DNA of 64,000 nucleotides from an uncultured Chloroflexia bacterium. Lineage in GTDB: Bacteria; Chloroflexota; Chloroflexia; Thermomicrobiales; UBA6265. The notes beneath the pieces are model-generated. The model was not told the DNA's origin and did not search any database. It saw only the letters and a list, made by a program, of their open reading frames with translations. A program made the translations under genes and the position numbers. The stretch covers positions 64,001-128,000 of the forward strand of contig CAVRUC010000004.1 in assembly GCA_963724295.1 (NCBI GenBank), given 5' to 3'. Below, piece by piece: positions 1 through 8,763 of this stretch (within the stretch, counting starts at the first letter, position 1; each line of letters starts with the position of its first letter).

Positions 1-196
1 TCGCCCGGCTCAGCTGGGCCAGCAATCGCGCGGGAAGATAGAGACCGGTCCGCCACAGCCAGTGCGCTACACGGTGGAACGCAATGGCGTGCAGCCCGGA
101 CGACGTCAGAATCGCCTCGACAGTCGAGCGTGAGGCTGGGTCACGTTCCCGGATGGCACGAATTTCCCTCGAGAACAACACGACGGGACCTTTCAT
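1..196 (-). CDS. cysE: Serine O-acetyltransferase, N-terminal part (runs off the window edge)
   Basis: Manual translation from ATG at 196 gives MKGPVVLFSREIRAIRERDPASRSTVEAILTSSGLHAIAFHRVAHWLWRTGLYLPARLLAQLSRA, matching the CysE N-terminal RDPA...GLHA...HR.AH motifs. Not in the ORF track. Confidence 0.85.
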   Translation of the reverse strand, partial: MKGPVVLFSREIRAIRERDPASRSTVEAILTSSGLHAIAFHRVAHWLWRTGLYLPARLLAQLSRA

Positions 197-372
197 TAGT
201 GCGGACGGCTGCGAGTAGCCACGCGGGTCGCGATGTCCCGCCGCGGCGGTAGTCCGGGGCGCCGGGCGCGCCCCTAGAGACAGGAGCAGTGACCTCCGCA
301 CCCCGAGCCGCGATGCTCGGGGATCCAGTGGCAAAGCGGCGTGCGCTCGATCGGCGCCGGGGGCCTCATCAT

Positions 373-696
373 CTAGTCAGCTACCTTGGCCGGGCTCTTC
401 TCGGTCTTCGCCGGAGCACTCGACTTTTCTGCTTTCTCGGCCTTCACGGGCGCATCTGATTTGTCTACCGCTTTGGACGGAGCATCCTTTGCCCCGTCGC
501 CGCTTTCGCTGGAGCTTTTCGGCCGGCTGTCAGTGATGTACCAGCCTGACCCCTTGAAGACAACGCCGACCGGCTGAATGACACGGCGAATTGATGCGCT
601 ACATCGCGGGCACTTGGTCAATGGATCGTCCGCGAACCGCTGCACGGCTTCGAAGCCGTGCCCGCAACTGTCGCATTGGTAGGTGTATGTCGGCAT
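373..696 (-). CDS. FmdB-family zinc-ribbon protein
   Basis: MPTYTYQCDSCGHGFE...CPRC...GVVFKGSGWYITD signature with a low-complexity tail. Start placed at the MPTY ATG. Confidence 0.9.
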   Translation of the reverse strand: MPTYTYQCDSCGHGFEAVQRFADDPLTKCPRCSASIRRVIQPVGVVFKGSGWYITDSRPKSSSESGDGAKDAPSKAVDKSDAPVKAEKAEKSSAPAKTEKSPAKVAD

Positions 697-738
697 CGCT
701 CGATCTGCTCTCCGAAATTGGTCACGACAGTAGTGCTG

Positions 739-777
739 GCCGGATTGTACCCACAACGGAACCCTCCACAATCCGGC
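739..777. other. Predicted left attachment site (host arm | CA 754-755 | element arm acGGAACCctccacaat)
   Basis: GGAACC at 758-763 is the reverse complement of GGTTCC at 9991-9996 and lies the same distance from a CA dinucleotide. There is also a 10-bp inverted repeat, GCCGGATTGT/ACAATCCGGC. Confidence 0.6.
744..749 (-). promoter_or_regulatory. Putative -10 element (TACAAT) of the FmdB-family gene
   Basis: TACAAT on the minus strand ~50 bp upstream of the ATG, a few bases from the predicted left junction. Confidence 0.45.
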
Positions 778-905
778 TCCCGCCACGATGGTCCGCTTGT
801 CCTACACCGTGGATGAGGGCTGGTCGCTCGCGGCCTGAGTCCCGCCGCATCGTCGCGTGCTAAATTGGACTGGCTTTGCGGAGGACGCGACTTATCCGCA
901 AACCG

Positions 906-1556
906 TCAGGACTCCCTGCGTAGCGCCCGGCGCAGGCGCTCGCCCAGCGGGGGGCGAGGGAGTGGATCGCTCTCCCCCTGGACCCAGAGCGGGCAGTCGT
1001 CATGGAAGTGCAACCAGTTGACGCGGATCGGCGGGGAATCGAAGTAGACCCCGGTGTTGTCCTCCAAGCGCAGCACGAACTCGCGCCCATCCGGCGTCTC
1101 GAATACCGTGAGTTCCTGGGCGATCCGCTGCTGCAACCATGCCTCGGTCATGGGAACCTGTAGAACGCTGCGCGGTGCCAACACCTGCGGCAACTCGGGA
1201 AATGGGAACGCGTCTCCGGTTTCAGTCGGAACCACGCTGAACCCGCGCTGAGCGCCTGGCAAGTGAAACATGACCCACGCCGATTCAATGGTGACGGGCA
1301 GCCCACCCACGTTTGCCCCGACTATGATCACCACCCCCGGTGGGAAGTGCCGGGACGGCAGCATCCTGCCACCACGACGGCAGCGGACATTGACCCGCGT
1401 CGCCGTTTCCGCCTCCAGGGCGCGGCGGGCAATGGTGTTGGCTTCCGTGGCTCGCACCCACGCCAATCCAGCAACGATCGCCGATATGACAGCGGCGACC
1501 GCCGAGATCAGCGCGAAGAGCCCTGCTTGATCGCCACTAGGAGAGGTCAACGGCAC
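906..1556 (-). CDS. Hypothetical protein with N-terminal transmembrane helix
   Basis: 216-aa ORF; hydrophobic LFALISAVAAVISAIVAGLAWV followed by a soluble domain. Confidence 0.65.
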   Translation of the reverse strand: MPLTSPSGDQAGLFALISAVAAVISAIVAGLAWVRATEANTIARRALEAETATRVNVRCRRGGRMLPSRHFPPGVVIIVGANVGGLPVTIESAWVMFHLPGAQRGFSVVPTETGDAFPFPELPQVLAPRSVLQVPMTEAWLQQRIAQELTVFETPDGREFVLRLEDNTGVYFDSPPIRVNWLHFHDDCPLWVQGESDPLPRPPLGERLRRALRRES

Positions 1557-1649
1557 CCCCGGTGACCCGCCGCCACCAACGTCGCCATTCTACCTAGCAC
1601 CTGCACTTAACGGCTGACCGCAGTAAATGAGGTCTTTTTGGCTAAGAGG

Positions 1650-1678
1650 TTGTCATCGGCATGCGGTGGCGGTATACT
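1650..1678 (+). promoter_or_regulatory. Sigma70-type promoter of the element's replication operon
   Basis: TTGTCA-17 bp-TATACT, ~110 bp upstream of ORF 1791. Confidence 0.7.
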
Positions 1679-1790
1679 CTGAGGGAATCCAACGGGCGGA
1701 CGCCAAAGTGACCTGGGTCACGCGCCTAGTGCCTGTCGGACCGAAAGCCGGGACAACTGCGTCCCGGCGCGGTCTTGATGGGAGAGGCGC

Positions 1791-2027
1791 ATGTCCGTTG
1801 CTACTGCCACCGACACGGTCGCCGAACGTCGCGAGAAAACGGCGAAGGCGAGAGCCGCGTTCGGCAGCAAGTTTTCCTCTGACGAAGAACGGAGCGCGTA
1901 CTTCACGGTGCTGAGTCGCAAGGCTCACGCGGCGCGACGTGTGCTCGACGCGGATGAAGTCGCCACGATCACGACGGCGACGGCCATGCTGGCTGAACTC
2001 TTCCTGACCGACCCCGACCTGTCGTAA
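1791..2027 (+). CDS. Small helical hypothetical protein of the mobile element
   Basis: 78 aa with a GGAGAGG RBS; first gene after the promoter. Confidence 0.65.
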   Translation: MSVATATDTVAERREKTAKARAAFGSKFSSDEERSAYFTVLSRKAHAARRVLDADEVATITTATAMLAELFLTDPDLS

Positions 2028-2089
2028 TCAAACGCCGACCCCCGGCGTAATGCTTGGCAGCGGCCGGGGGTCTGGCAGAGGAAGATGCT

Positions 2090-2317
2090 GTGCCGATTAG
2101 TATACCAACCAGACCCCTCGATCTCGTTCCCACCGAAGCCGCCCTCGCCCGGTGTTCCGGGTGCCGTCGCCCCATCACGGCGCGATTCCACCTTGCCCTG
2201 GAAACCCTGCGTGCCGCATCCCAACGACCAGCGACGCCCGAGATGCTCTTGCTCTGCGGCACCTGCCAGAAGCTGTTCATCCTGAGTTTGCGACCGGCGC
2301 TGGAGGCGTGGTCATGA
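2090..2317 (+). CDS. Small zinc-finger protein
   Basis: CSGC...CGTC motifs; stop overlaps the primase start (ATGA at 2314-2317). Confidence 0.6.
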   Translation: MPISIPTRPLDLVPTEAALARCSGCRRPITARFHLALETLRAASQRPATPEMLLLCGTCQKLFILSLRPALEAWS

Positions 2318-3153
2318 GTGCCACCGTCGCCGCCGGGCAACGCTTCAACCGACACCACCCGTGCCCGATCTGCGGGGGGCATTCGCAACTCCCGCCAGGA
2401 CGGGGCGAGCGGTGCTATGGCTTTCTGTCCTCCGATCGGGAATACGCCCACTGCGTGAGAGAGGATTACGCGGGCGATCTCGTCGCCGGTCGAGACGGGG
2501 CATTTGCCCACAAGCTGACTGGCCGCTGTCGCTGTGGTCGGAGCCACGACGGCACGCCCGACCCGACGATGTCCCGCAATGGACACAAGCCCGACGACCC
2601 GCCACCGCGACCGATCGGACCCGCACGCCGCTGGCTGATTGCGGAGATCGACGGTGATCGGATCGAGCATGTCCGGCAAAACCTCGACAACGGCGGGAAG
2701 CAGATGTGGTGGACGACGAACGGTCAGAAGGGGCTGTTCGGGCGTCACCCGATCGATTTCCCGTTCTACGGCATCGACGGCATCAACGGCGACGTCAAGG
2801 GAACCGTCATCGTTGAGGGAGAACCAGCACGCGACGCCCTCAGCCCGCTGGCGGATGAAATCGATCTCGTCGTGCTTGGCACGACGACCGGCGCGAAGAC
2901 CTGTCCCAGCGACGACATCCTGCGGACGGTGCAGCCGGGTCCGGTGGTCCTGTGGGGTGACGCCGACTCCGATGGCGAACAGCACATGCTGATGATCACG
3001 GAAGGGATGGAGCGGATCGGGCGACGGGATGATGTCCACCGCATGGTCTGGCCGGAGGCGCGACCCGACTCCGGTGACGACGCCGCCGACTTCGTGGAGC
3101 AGGGAGCGACCGTCACCGATCTGAAACGACTCGACACCCCGGCGTTTTTCGAG

Positions 3154-3195
3154 GAAAAGGTTTCTGACCGATATAAGACAGGGGTTTGGTCAGAA
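3154..3195. repeat. Iteron-like inverted pair 1 (GAAAAGGTTTCTGACC-N18-GGTCAGAA)
   Basis: Same 16-mer as at 4150 and 4243. Confidence 0.75.
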
Positions 3196-4149
3196 GGAAA
3201 ATTGAAGTTCCACTCGGCGCGGGAGATTGCCGAGATGACCCCCAAGCGACCGCCGTGGATCGCGGTGCCGTGGCTGGTGGCGGGAGGCATCACCGAGCTT
3301 GACGGGAAGATCAAAGCCTCGGGCAAGACGACGTTCGCCACCCACATGTGTCGGGCCATCCTCGATGGGTAGCCGTTCCTGGGCCGACCGACGCAGAAAT
3401 CACCGATCGTCTATCTCAGCGAGCAATCTCGAACCACGTTTCGCGAGGCACTGCGTCGCGCCGATCTCCTCGACCGCGACGACATTCGGGTGATCTTCTG
3501 GCACGAAACGACCCGCCTGTCCTGGCCGGAGATCGTGCGCGAAGCGCGGGCTGAGGCCAAGGAAATCGGAGCGCGGGTCATCGTCGTCGATACCCTCGAC
3601 CAGTTCGCGGGGATAGTGGGTGACGAAGAAAACAGCGCCGGGGCGGCTCGCAACGCCATGCGACCGCTGCAAGAAGCCACGGCGGTGGATGATCTGGGCA
3701 TCAAAGTGCTGCGGCACGAGCGGAAATCGGGTGGCGACGTGGGTGACTCCGCTCGCGGATCGTCCGCCTTCGGGGGAGCCGCCGACATCCTGTTGCGGCT
3801 GAAACGTGCCGAAGGGAACACGCGACCCACGGTCCGCGTGATCGACTCCCTCTCACGCTTCGACGAGACACCCGATTCGCTCGTGATCGAACTCACCGAC
3901 GATGTGTATACGGCTCACGGTGACGTTCAGGCGGTCGCCACCCACGAGGCATCGGTCGCGATCTTCGCCGCTGCTCCGACGAGTGAGGACGCGGCGCTCA
4001 CTGAAGACGAGCTGCTCGACGTCGCTGATGACGCTGTGACGCGGAGCACCGGACGACGAGCGATCAATGCTCACCTCGACGCGGGTCGTCTGCTGCGGAC
4101 CGGCGAGGGGAAGCGCGGTGATCCGTATCGCTTCTGGCGACCAGAGCCA

Positions 4150-4282
4150 GAAAAGGTTTCTGACCAAACTACTCACTTATACCGGTCACAAACCTTTTCG
4201 GGCACAAACGATGACGCCCCCGACGATCCCGTTCCGAGGTCAGAAAAGGTTTCTGACCAAACACAGGTAGTTTGGTCAGAAA
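4150..4282. repeat. Cluster of iteron-like inverted repeats (putative ori)
   Basis: GAAAAGGTTTCTGACC at 4150 and 4243; inverted partners GGTCACAAACCTTTTC (4184), GGTCAGAAA (4238) and TTTGGTCAGAAA (4271); locally AT-rich. Confidence 0.8.
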
Positions 4283-4977
4283 GAAACGAGGACGCGGTAA
4301 CACCTGTAACACGCGGTCCGCCGCGAGGCTGTATCTACCCGAAACGATGCGTGAACGGCGCGATGTGCGACCACGCCCGGACCTACGGGGAGTGCCTTGG
4401 TGTCTGAGAACGACCCTCGCTACCTGCTGCTCACCGATGGACAGGGCCGAACCACGGCAGCCACGATCCGGCGACCGGATTGCTGACCGTGACCGGCGTC
4501 GCCCTGACAGTCTGCTGGCGATTCATCGAGTAAGGCAATGAGTGCGTTTCCGTTCTCATTGTCCACTGCTAAGCGTCATCTAAAACTCCTAAAACCATTT
4601 CTCCGGATGTAGCCAGCCCCCCACCCTCGCATCAGGCTCGGGCGCTGGGCTCGGAGACGCGACCGCTCGCTATCCGTCCCGACCGTCTCGAGCGCCTGGC
4701 AACCTGACTCAAATGAGCCAGGAAAAGATGCTCCTTTCGCGTGATGAAGGATCTGCACCTCAAGCCTAGGCTCAGAGCATTCGGTGTCCAGCACCAGTCT
4801 GAGACGAGGCTAATAGCTCTTCGCTTTCAAACGAAGACGGCAAGAACGAGTCTACGCCGATCGGCGATAGCTGGTTGCCTGACATGATCGTGCGGATACC
4901 GGTATAGGCGGGGCGTACCCCGGATGCGGTGGGCGGCAGTGATTGCCGCTTCGACACGGAGGAGGACACTGCAGACT

Positions 4978-5757
4978 ATGGATGCAGAACGGTTCGATAG
5001 GCTCACGAAGCAGTTGTCGACAACGCGACTGACCCGATTGAGCGTGATCCGCGGACTCGCTGTGGGGGCCGCGGCGGCGCTCACCGGAACGACGATCAGC
5101 ACCGACCGGGCCATGGCCGGGCGGTGTAAACGAGAGGGCCAAATTTGCGAGGGCGGCCCTGAGCAGTGTTGCCCTGGCACGGTCTGTAATGGCGGCGAAA
5201 ACCCCACCAAGTGTCGGGACTGCGGCGAGAGCGGTCAGTTTTGCTGCGTATCGACCACTCCCTGCACCGCTCCGGGGGAAACCTGCCTCCCGGGCGGCAT
5301 CTGCGGACCTGCTCCTTGCGGTGGTACCGGCCAGCCCTGCTGTGAGACCGGGGACGAGTGCACCGAGCCAGAAGACATCTGTCTCTCCAACGACACGTGC
5401 GGTCCGGCGGGGTCGTGCGGTGGTACCGGCGAACACTGCTGTGAGACCGGGGACGAGTGCACCGAGCCAGAAGACATCTGTCTCTCCAACGACACGTGCG
5501 GTCCGGCGGGGTCGTGCGGTGGTACCGGCCAGCCCTGCTGCCAGCCGGGGGACATCTGCACCGAGTCAGGACAGGTCTGTCTCCCGAACGACACGTGCGG
5601 CACGCTGCCCGGTGTGGAATGTAAAACCGGGGAAACCGCCCTGGAATGCTGCATTCGCGCCGTCAAGGGGCCCTGCAATCGGAAGCAAAGCAGCCCAACA
5701 GCGAGGCGGAACTGCAAGAGACGCGGGCGGAAGCGCTGCATCGCGGCGTTCGGATAG
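4978..5757 (+). CDS. Secreted Cys-rich repeat protein with MDAERFDRLTK leader
   Basis: GGAGG RBS; Tat-like RLTRLSVIRGL plus hydrophobic stretch; many Cys; basic C-terminus. Confidence 0.85.
   Translation: MDAERFDRLTKQLSTTRLTRLSVIRGLAVGAAAALTGTTISTDRAMAGRCKREGQICEGGPEQCCPGTVCNGGENPTKCRDCGESGQFCCVSTTPCTAPGETCLPGGICGPAPCGGTGQPCCETGDECTEPEDICLSNDTCGPAGSCGGTGEHCCETGDECTEPEDICLSNDTCGPAGSCGGTGQPCCQPGDICTESGQVCLPNDTCGTLPGVECKTGETALECCIRAVKGPCNRKQSSPTARRNCKRRGRKRCIAAFG
5317..5601 (+). repeat. 99-bp tandem repeat (about 3 copies) encoding CGGTGQPCC...C...C....TC modules
   Basis: Units start at 5317, 5416 and 5515; the first two are nearly identical at DNA level. Confidence 0.9.
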
Positions 5758-5774
5758 AGAAACGAAACCCGTCT

Positions 5775-5907
5775 GCCCTCCGTCATCGCCAGTCGCGATG
5801 GCGGAGGGCCATCTCCAGGCAACGCACGTGTGACGCCGTTGACACCGGCATGACCGGGAACGGGTCTCCAGCGCAACGCCCCGGCATCCCTTCGCCGGGG
5901 CGTTGCG
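5775..5907. terminator. Two GC-rich hairpins downstream of the Cys-rich gene
   Basis: GCCCTCCGTCATCGC/GCGATGGCGGAGGGC (5775-5809) and a perfect 14-bp stem CGCAACGCCCCGGC/GCCGGGGCGTTGCG (5872-5907); no U-tract. Confidence 0.45.
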
Positions 5908-6093
5908 ACGCTCCGTGGCACGGACCATGGTCGCGTGTGTCCGATGCGGCACCCTCCTGGATCTCACGACCATGGCCTCCTTGCTGGGTATCTCCCCTGT
6001 GCAAGTCCAGCACGCTTGGCGAGGTCATTCATCGCTCGTGGAAGGACAAAATCGGCCCGTGACGAGTTGTCATTCGCAATTGGATGTCGTGCC

Positions 6094-6471
6094 ATGACCG
6101 CGGTGATTCGCCTGGTACTCGTCGATGACCACGTCGCATTTCGCCAATCACTGGCCATGATTCTGATCCGGGAGCCTGACCTGGTCGTGCTGGCGCAGGC
6201 GGGATCGGTGATCGAGGCCCATGAGATGCTGGCTCGCGTGCGCGATGTCGGTGTCGCGCTGATTGACCTGCAATTGCCAGACGGCGATGGGGTCGAGGTC
6301 ATCCGAGCTATCGGAGTCACGCACCCGCAGGCGCAGATTCTGGCGCTGACGGCGGTCATCGACCCGGTGCACCATGGACGGGCGACCGACGCGGGGGCGG
6401 CTGCCATCATCAGCAAAGGGGCGCAGCCCACTGAGATCGTTGCTTCAATCCGGCAAGCCGACGCTGGCTAG
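6094..6471 (+). CDS. Stand-alone response regulator receiver domain (NarL-type REC)
   Basis: LVLVDDH...IDLQLPDGDG...LTA...SK; no output domain. Confidence 0.85.
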   Translation: MTAVIRLVLVDDHVAFRQSLAMILIREPDLVVLAQAGSVIEAHEMLARVRDVGVALIDLQLPDGDGVEVIRAIGVTHPQAQILALTAVIDPVHHGRATDAGAAAIISKGAQPTEIVASIRQADAG

Positions 6472-6584
6472 ATGGTCGCGCATCGACGCGCTAACACGAC
6501 GCGACTCAAGCCATCTCGAAGGCGTCGGCCGGCTGGCCTTCTCTCCCCACCGAGCGGGTCGCCTTGCGGTTCTCGGTTCTTGGG

Positions 6585-6890
6585 CTAGTTGCGAGTGCCG
6601 ATGGGTTTCCTCTTCTGAGGAGCGCGATCCCCCGATCCCTCCTTGATGCTTTGGGCGCTAACGGCGCCGCGTAGCGGAGAGCAGACCCCTTGCAACCCAC
6701 GCTGGCAGCAGCTGCGCACGCAGACACTGCCTGCTGGGCATTGGCTACTGCTGGTGCAGAGCGGTTCAGAACAGGATTCTAGGGGCTCGACGCAAGCACT
6801 CGTTCCCTCGGCTGTCAGGAAGCAGAGACACAAGTCTCCGTGGCAATGGAAAGGTTCGTCCCAAACTAGCATCCACCGCCTGAGCACACC
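6585..6890 (-). pseudogene. Remnant of a Cys-rich secreted protein
   Basis: CHGDLCLCFLTAEGTSACVEPLESCSEPLCTSSSQCPAGSVCVRSCC resembles the Cys pattern of ORF 36591-37001; no intact leader. Confidence 0.5.
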
Positions 6891-7063
6891 GGGGCGAGCG
6901 CCGCTCCTCATCAGCGTCCGCGATCTGGCCCGGATATGGGCCGATTCGGCCCATCCCGCCACGACCCGCGGGCGCGACACTGGGACGAAACAGGATTATG
7001 TCGATGCACGGCCACAGCCACCGGAGCAGGCGGACCGGTCGCAGGAAGGTGGGGGAGATCGTC

Positions 7064-7795
7064 GTGGCGGAGCAGGACGGGGCGGCGGAGCAGGAGCCGA
7101 TCGGCGCGCCGATCCGGGTGGTGCTGGTTGACGACCACCTCGCGTTTCAGGATGCCCTGGCCTTCATGCTGCTGCGGGAGCCGGACATCACCGTCATCGG
7201 CCAAGCCGGCACGGTGGCGGAGGCGCGCCCCCTGCTGCCCTTGGCCGACATCGCTCTCATCGACCTGCACCTGCCGGACGGGGAGGGGATTAGCCTGCTC
7301 CACGAACTGCGCTCCGTCAATCCCCAGGCCATCGCCGTGCTGCTCACCGGGGACGACAGCACCCTGGCGATGGCCCGTGCGGTGGAGGCCGGAGCGGCCG
7401 GCGTGCTCCACAAGTCGCGTCCGGCCAGCGAGGTCGTGGCGGCCATCCGCCGCCTGCACGCGGGGGAATCCCTGGTGTCGCTGCGCGACAACATCGAGCT
7501 GCTGCGCATCAGCCATCGGCAGCGGGAACAGGACCGTGCCGTTCACGCGACGATCGACCGGCTGACGCCGCGGGAACGGGACGTGCTGCACGCCCTGGCA
7601 CTGGGGCTGTCCGATCACGACATGGCCGAGCACCTCTTCGTGTGCACCGAAACGGTGCGCACCCATATGGTCAATGTGCTGCGCAAGCTCGAGGTCGACT
7701 CCCGTCTCCAAGCCCTGGTCTTCGCCGTGCGGCACCACTTGGTGAGCCTCGATGCCCCTGGCCCGGGCGCACCGGTGTACCGGTCGGCGGTCTAA
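7064..7795 (+). CDS. NarL/FixJ-family response regulator (REC + LuxR HTH)
   Basis: VVLVDDH...DLHLPDG; LTPRERDVL...ETVRTHMVNVLRKLEVDSRLQA. Start uncertain (6998-7064). Confidence 0.92.
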   Translation: MAEQDGAAEQEPIGAPIRVVLVDDHLAFQDALAFMLLREPDITVIGQAGTVAEARPLLPLADIALIDLHLPDGEGISLLHELRSVNPQAIAVLLTGDDSTLAMARAVEAGAAGVLHKSRPASEVVAAIRRLHAGESLVSLRDNIELLRISHRQREQDRAVHATIDRLTPRERDVLHALALGLSDHDMAEHLFVCTETVRTHMVNVLRKLEVDSRLQALVFAVRHHLVSLDAPGPGAPVYRSAV

Positions 7796-7831
7796 CGCCC
7801 AACCGCTGCGCGCCCCAGCTTGACGACGTCG

Positions 7832-7860
7832 GGCGGCGACCCAAGAGGGTCGTCGTTTTC
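7832..7860 (+). terminator. Rho-independent terminator
   Basis: GCGGCGACCC-AAGA-GGGTCGTCGT followed by TTT. Confidence 0.6.
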
Positions 7861-8061
7861 GTGTGCGCTGGTCGCGATGCTCCCGAACTGAGAAGGGCCG
7901 GCGCAGGCGTCAGCAAGGGATAGCCTCGTGAGCGCAGATCGCCGGGCTCAAGGCAGAGCTAGGGCTAAGCCTGCATCTGTGCTTTTCGGAACATTGGTCA
8001 TGATGTGAAGCACGCTATAACGCGATTGACCCAACTCGACAGGGAGCAGATGAGGACTGAT

Positions 8062-8664
8062 ATGGCAAGCGACGTTTTCCTCCCGGCCACCAGAGGGCAA
8101 TCAGCGATCGAACCCGCACAGCCACGCGAGGCTTATGTGCCGGCTACCCAGACTCCCTTGATGGCGCCAAGTGTGGCCACTGCAGCGCCGGTGTACGCGG
8201 GCGCCTATCCGCCGGTGATCGTCAACATCCATCCACCTGCGATACCCATGATCGTGACCGCTCCCGCAGGACCGCCGTTCATTGCGCGGGCGCTCTGGTA
8301 TGTCTTCGTCGGGTGGTGGCTGTCGGCCCTGATCGTCGCCCTGGGGTACCTGTTGATGATCACGGTCATCGGCATTCCCGTAGCGTTTGCGCTGTTCAAT
8401 CGTATTCCTCAGGCGTTGACGTTACGCGCCAGGACGGTGCGGTATCAGGCGGAGGTCCGCGACGGCATCACCTATCTCACGGCGGGAACTCAACGGCAGC
8501 GTCCGTGGTACTGGCGAGCGTTGTATTTCCCACTTATCGGTTGGTGGTTCGGGGCGGTGTGGCTTGGTGCCGCTTGGCTCATCGGGAATCTCATCATCAC
8601 GTTGCCCGTCACGTTCCTCATGTACAACCGAACCAGCACGGTGATGACGCTTCAACGGCACTGA
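8062..8664 (+). CDS. YccF-domain membrane protein
   Basis: Two repeats of RALWYVFVGWWLS / RALYFPLIGWWFG...ITVIGIP. Confidence 0.85.
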   Translation: MASDVFLPATRGQSAIEPAQPREAYVPATQTPLMAPSVATAAPVYAGAYPPVIVNIHPPAIPMIVTAPAGPPFIARALWYVFVGWWLSALIVALGYLLMITVIGIPVAFALFNRIPQALTLRARTVRYQAEVRDGITYLTAGTQRQRPWYWRALYFPLIGWWFGAVWLGAAWLIGNLIITLPVTFLMYNRTSTVMTLQRH

Positions 8665-8763
8665 GTCGGCACGTTCGACCGACTTCGACTCGGCGAGCTT
8701 TTGCTCGACCGGTCGCTGCTCCAATCAGTTCTTGTGACTTGGCTAACGGAGGGAGGAGCCACC

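Larger units (their letters stand above)
2314..4407 (+). pseudogene. Primase-helicase (Zn finger + TOPRIM + AAA_25/RepA-like ATPase + wHTH) interrupted by an in-frame TAG at 3370-3372
   Basis: CPICGG zinc finger, IVEGE and WGDADSDG TOPRIM motifs, Walker A GKIKASGKTT, Walker B VIVVDT, HERKSGG...ARGSSA. The ORFs on either side of the TAG are in one frame (LDG*PFLGRPT). Confidence 0.85.

Noticed and set aside
3370..3372. Pyrrolysine or genome-wide stop-codon reassignment
   Set aside because: TAG terminates many normal genes here (uvrA, mutL, accA) and no pyl genes are visible.
5317..5601. Possible CRISPR array
   Set aside because: Units are 99-bp in-frame coding repeats without unique spacers, and no cas genes are in the window.
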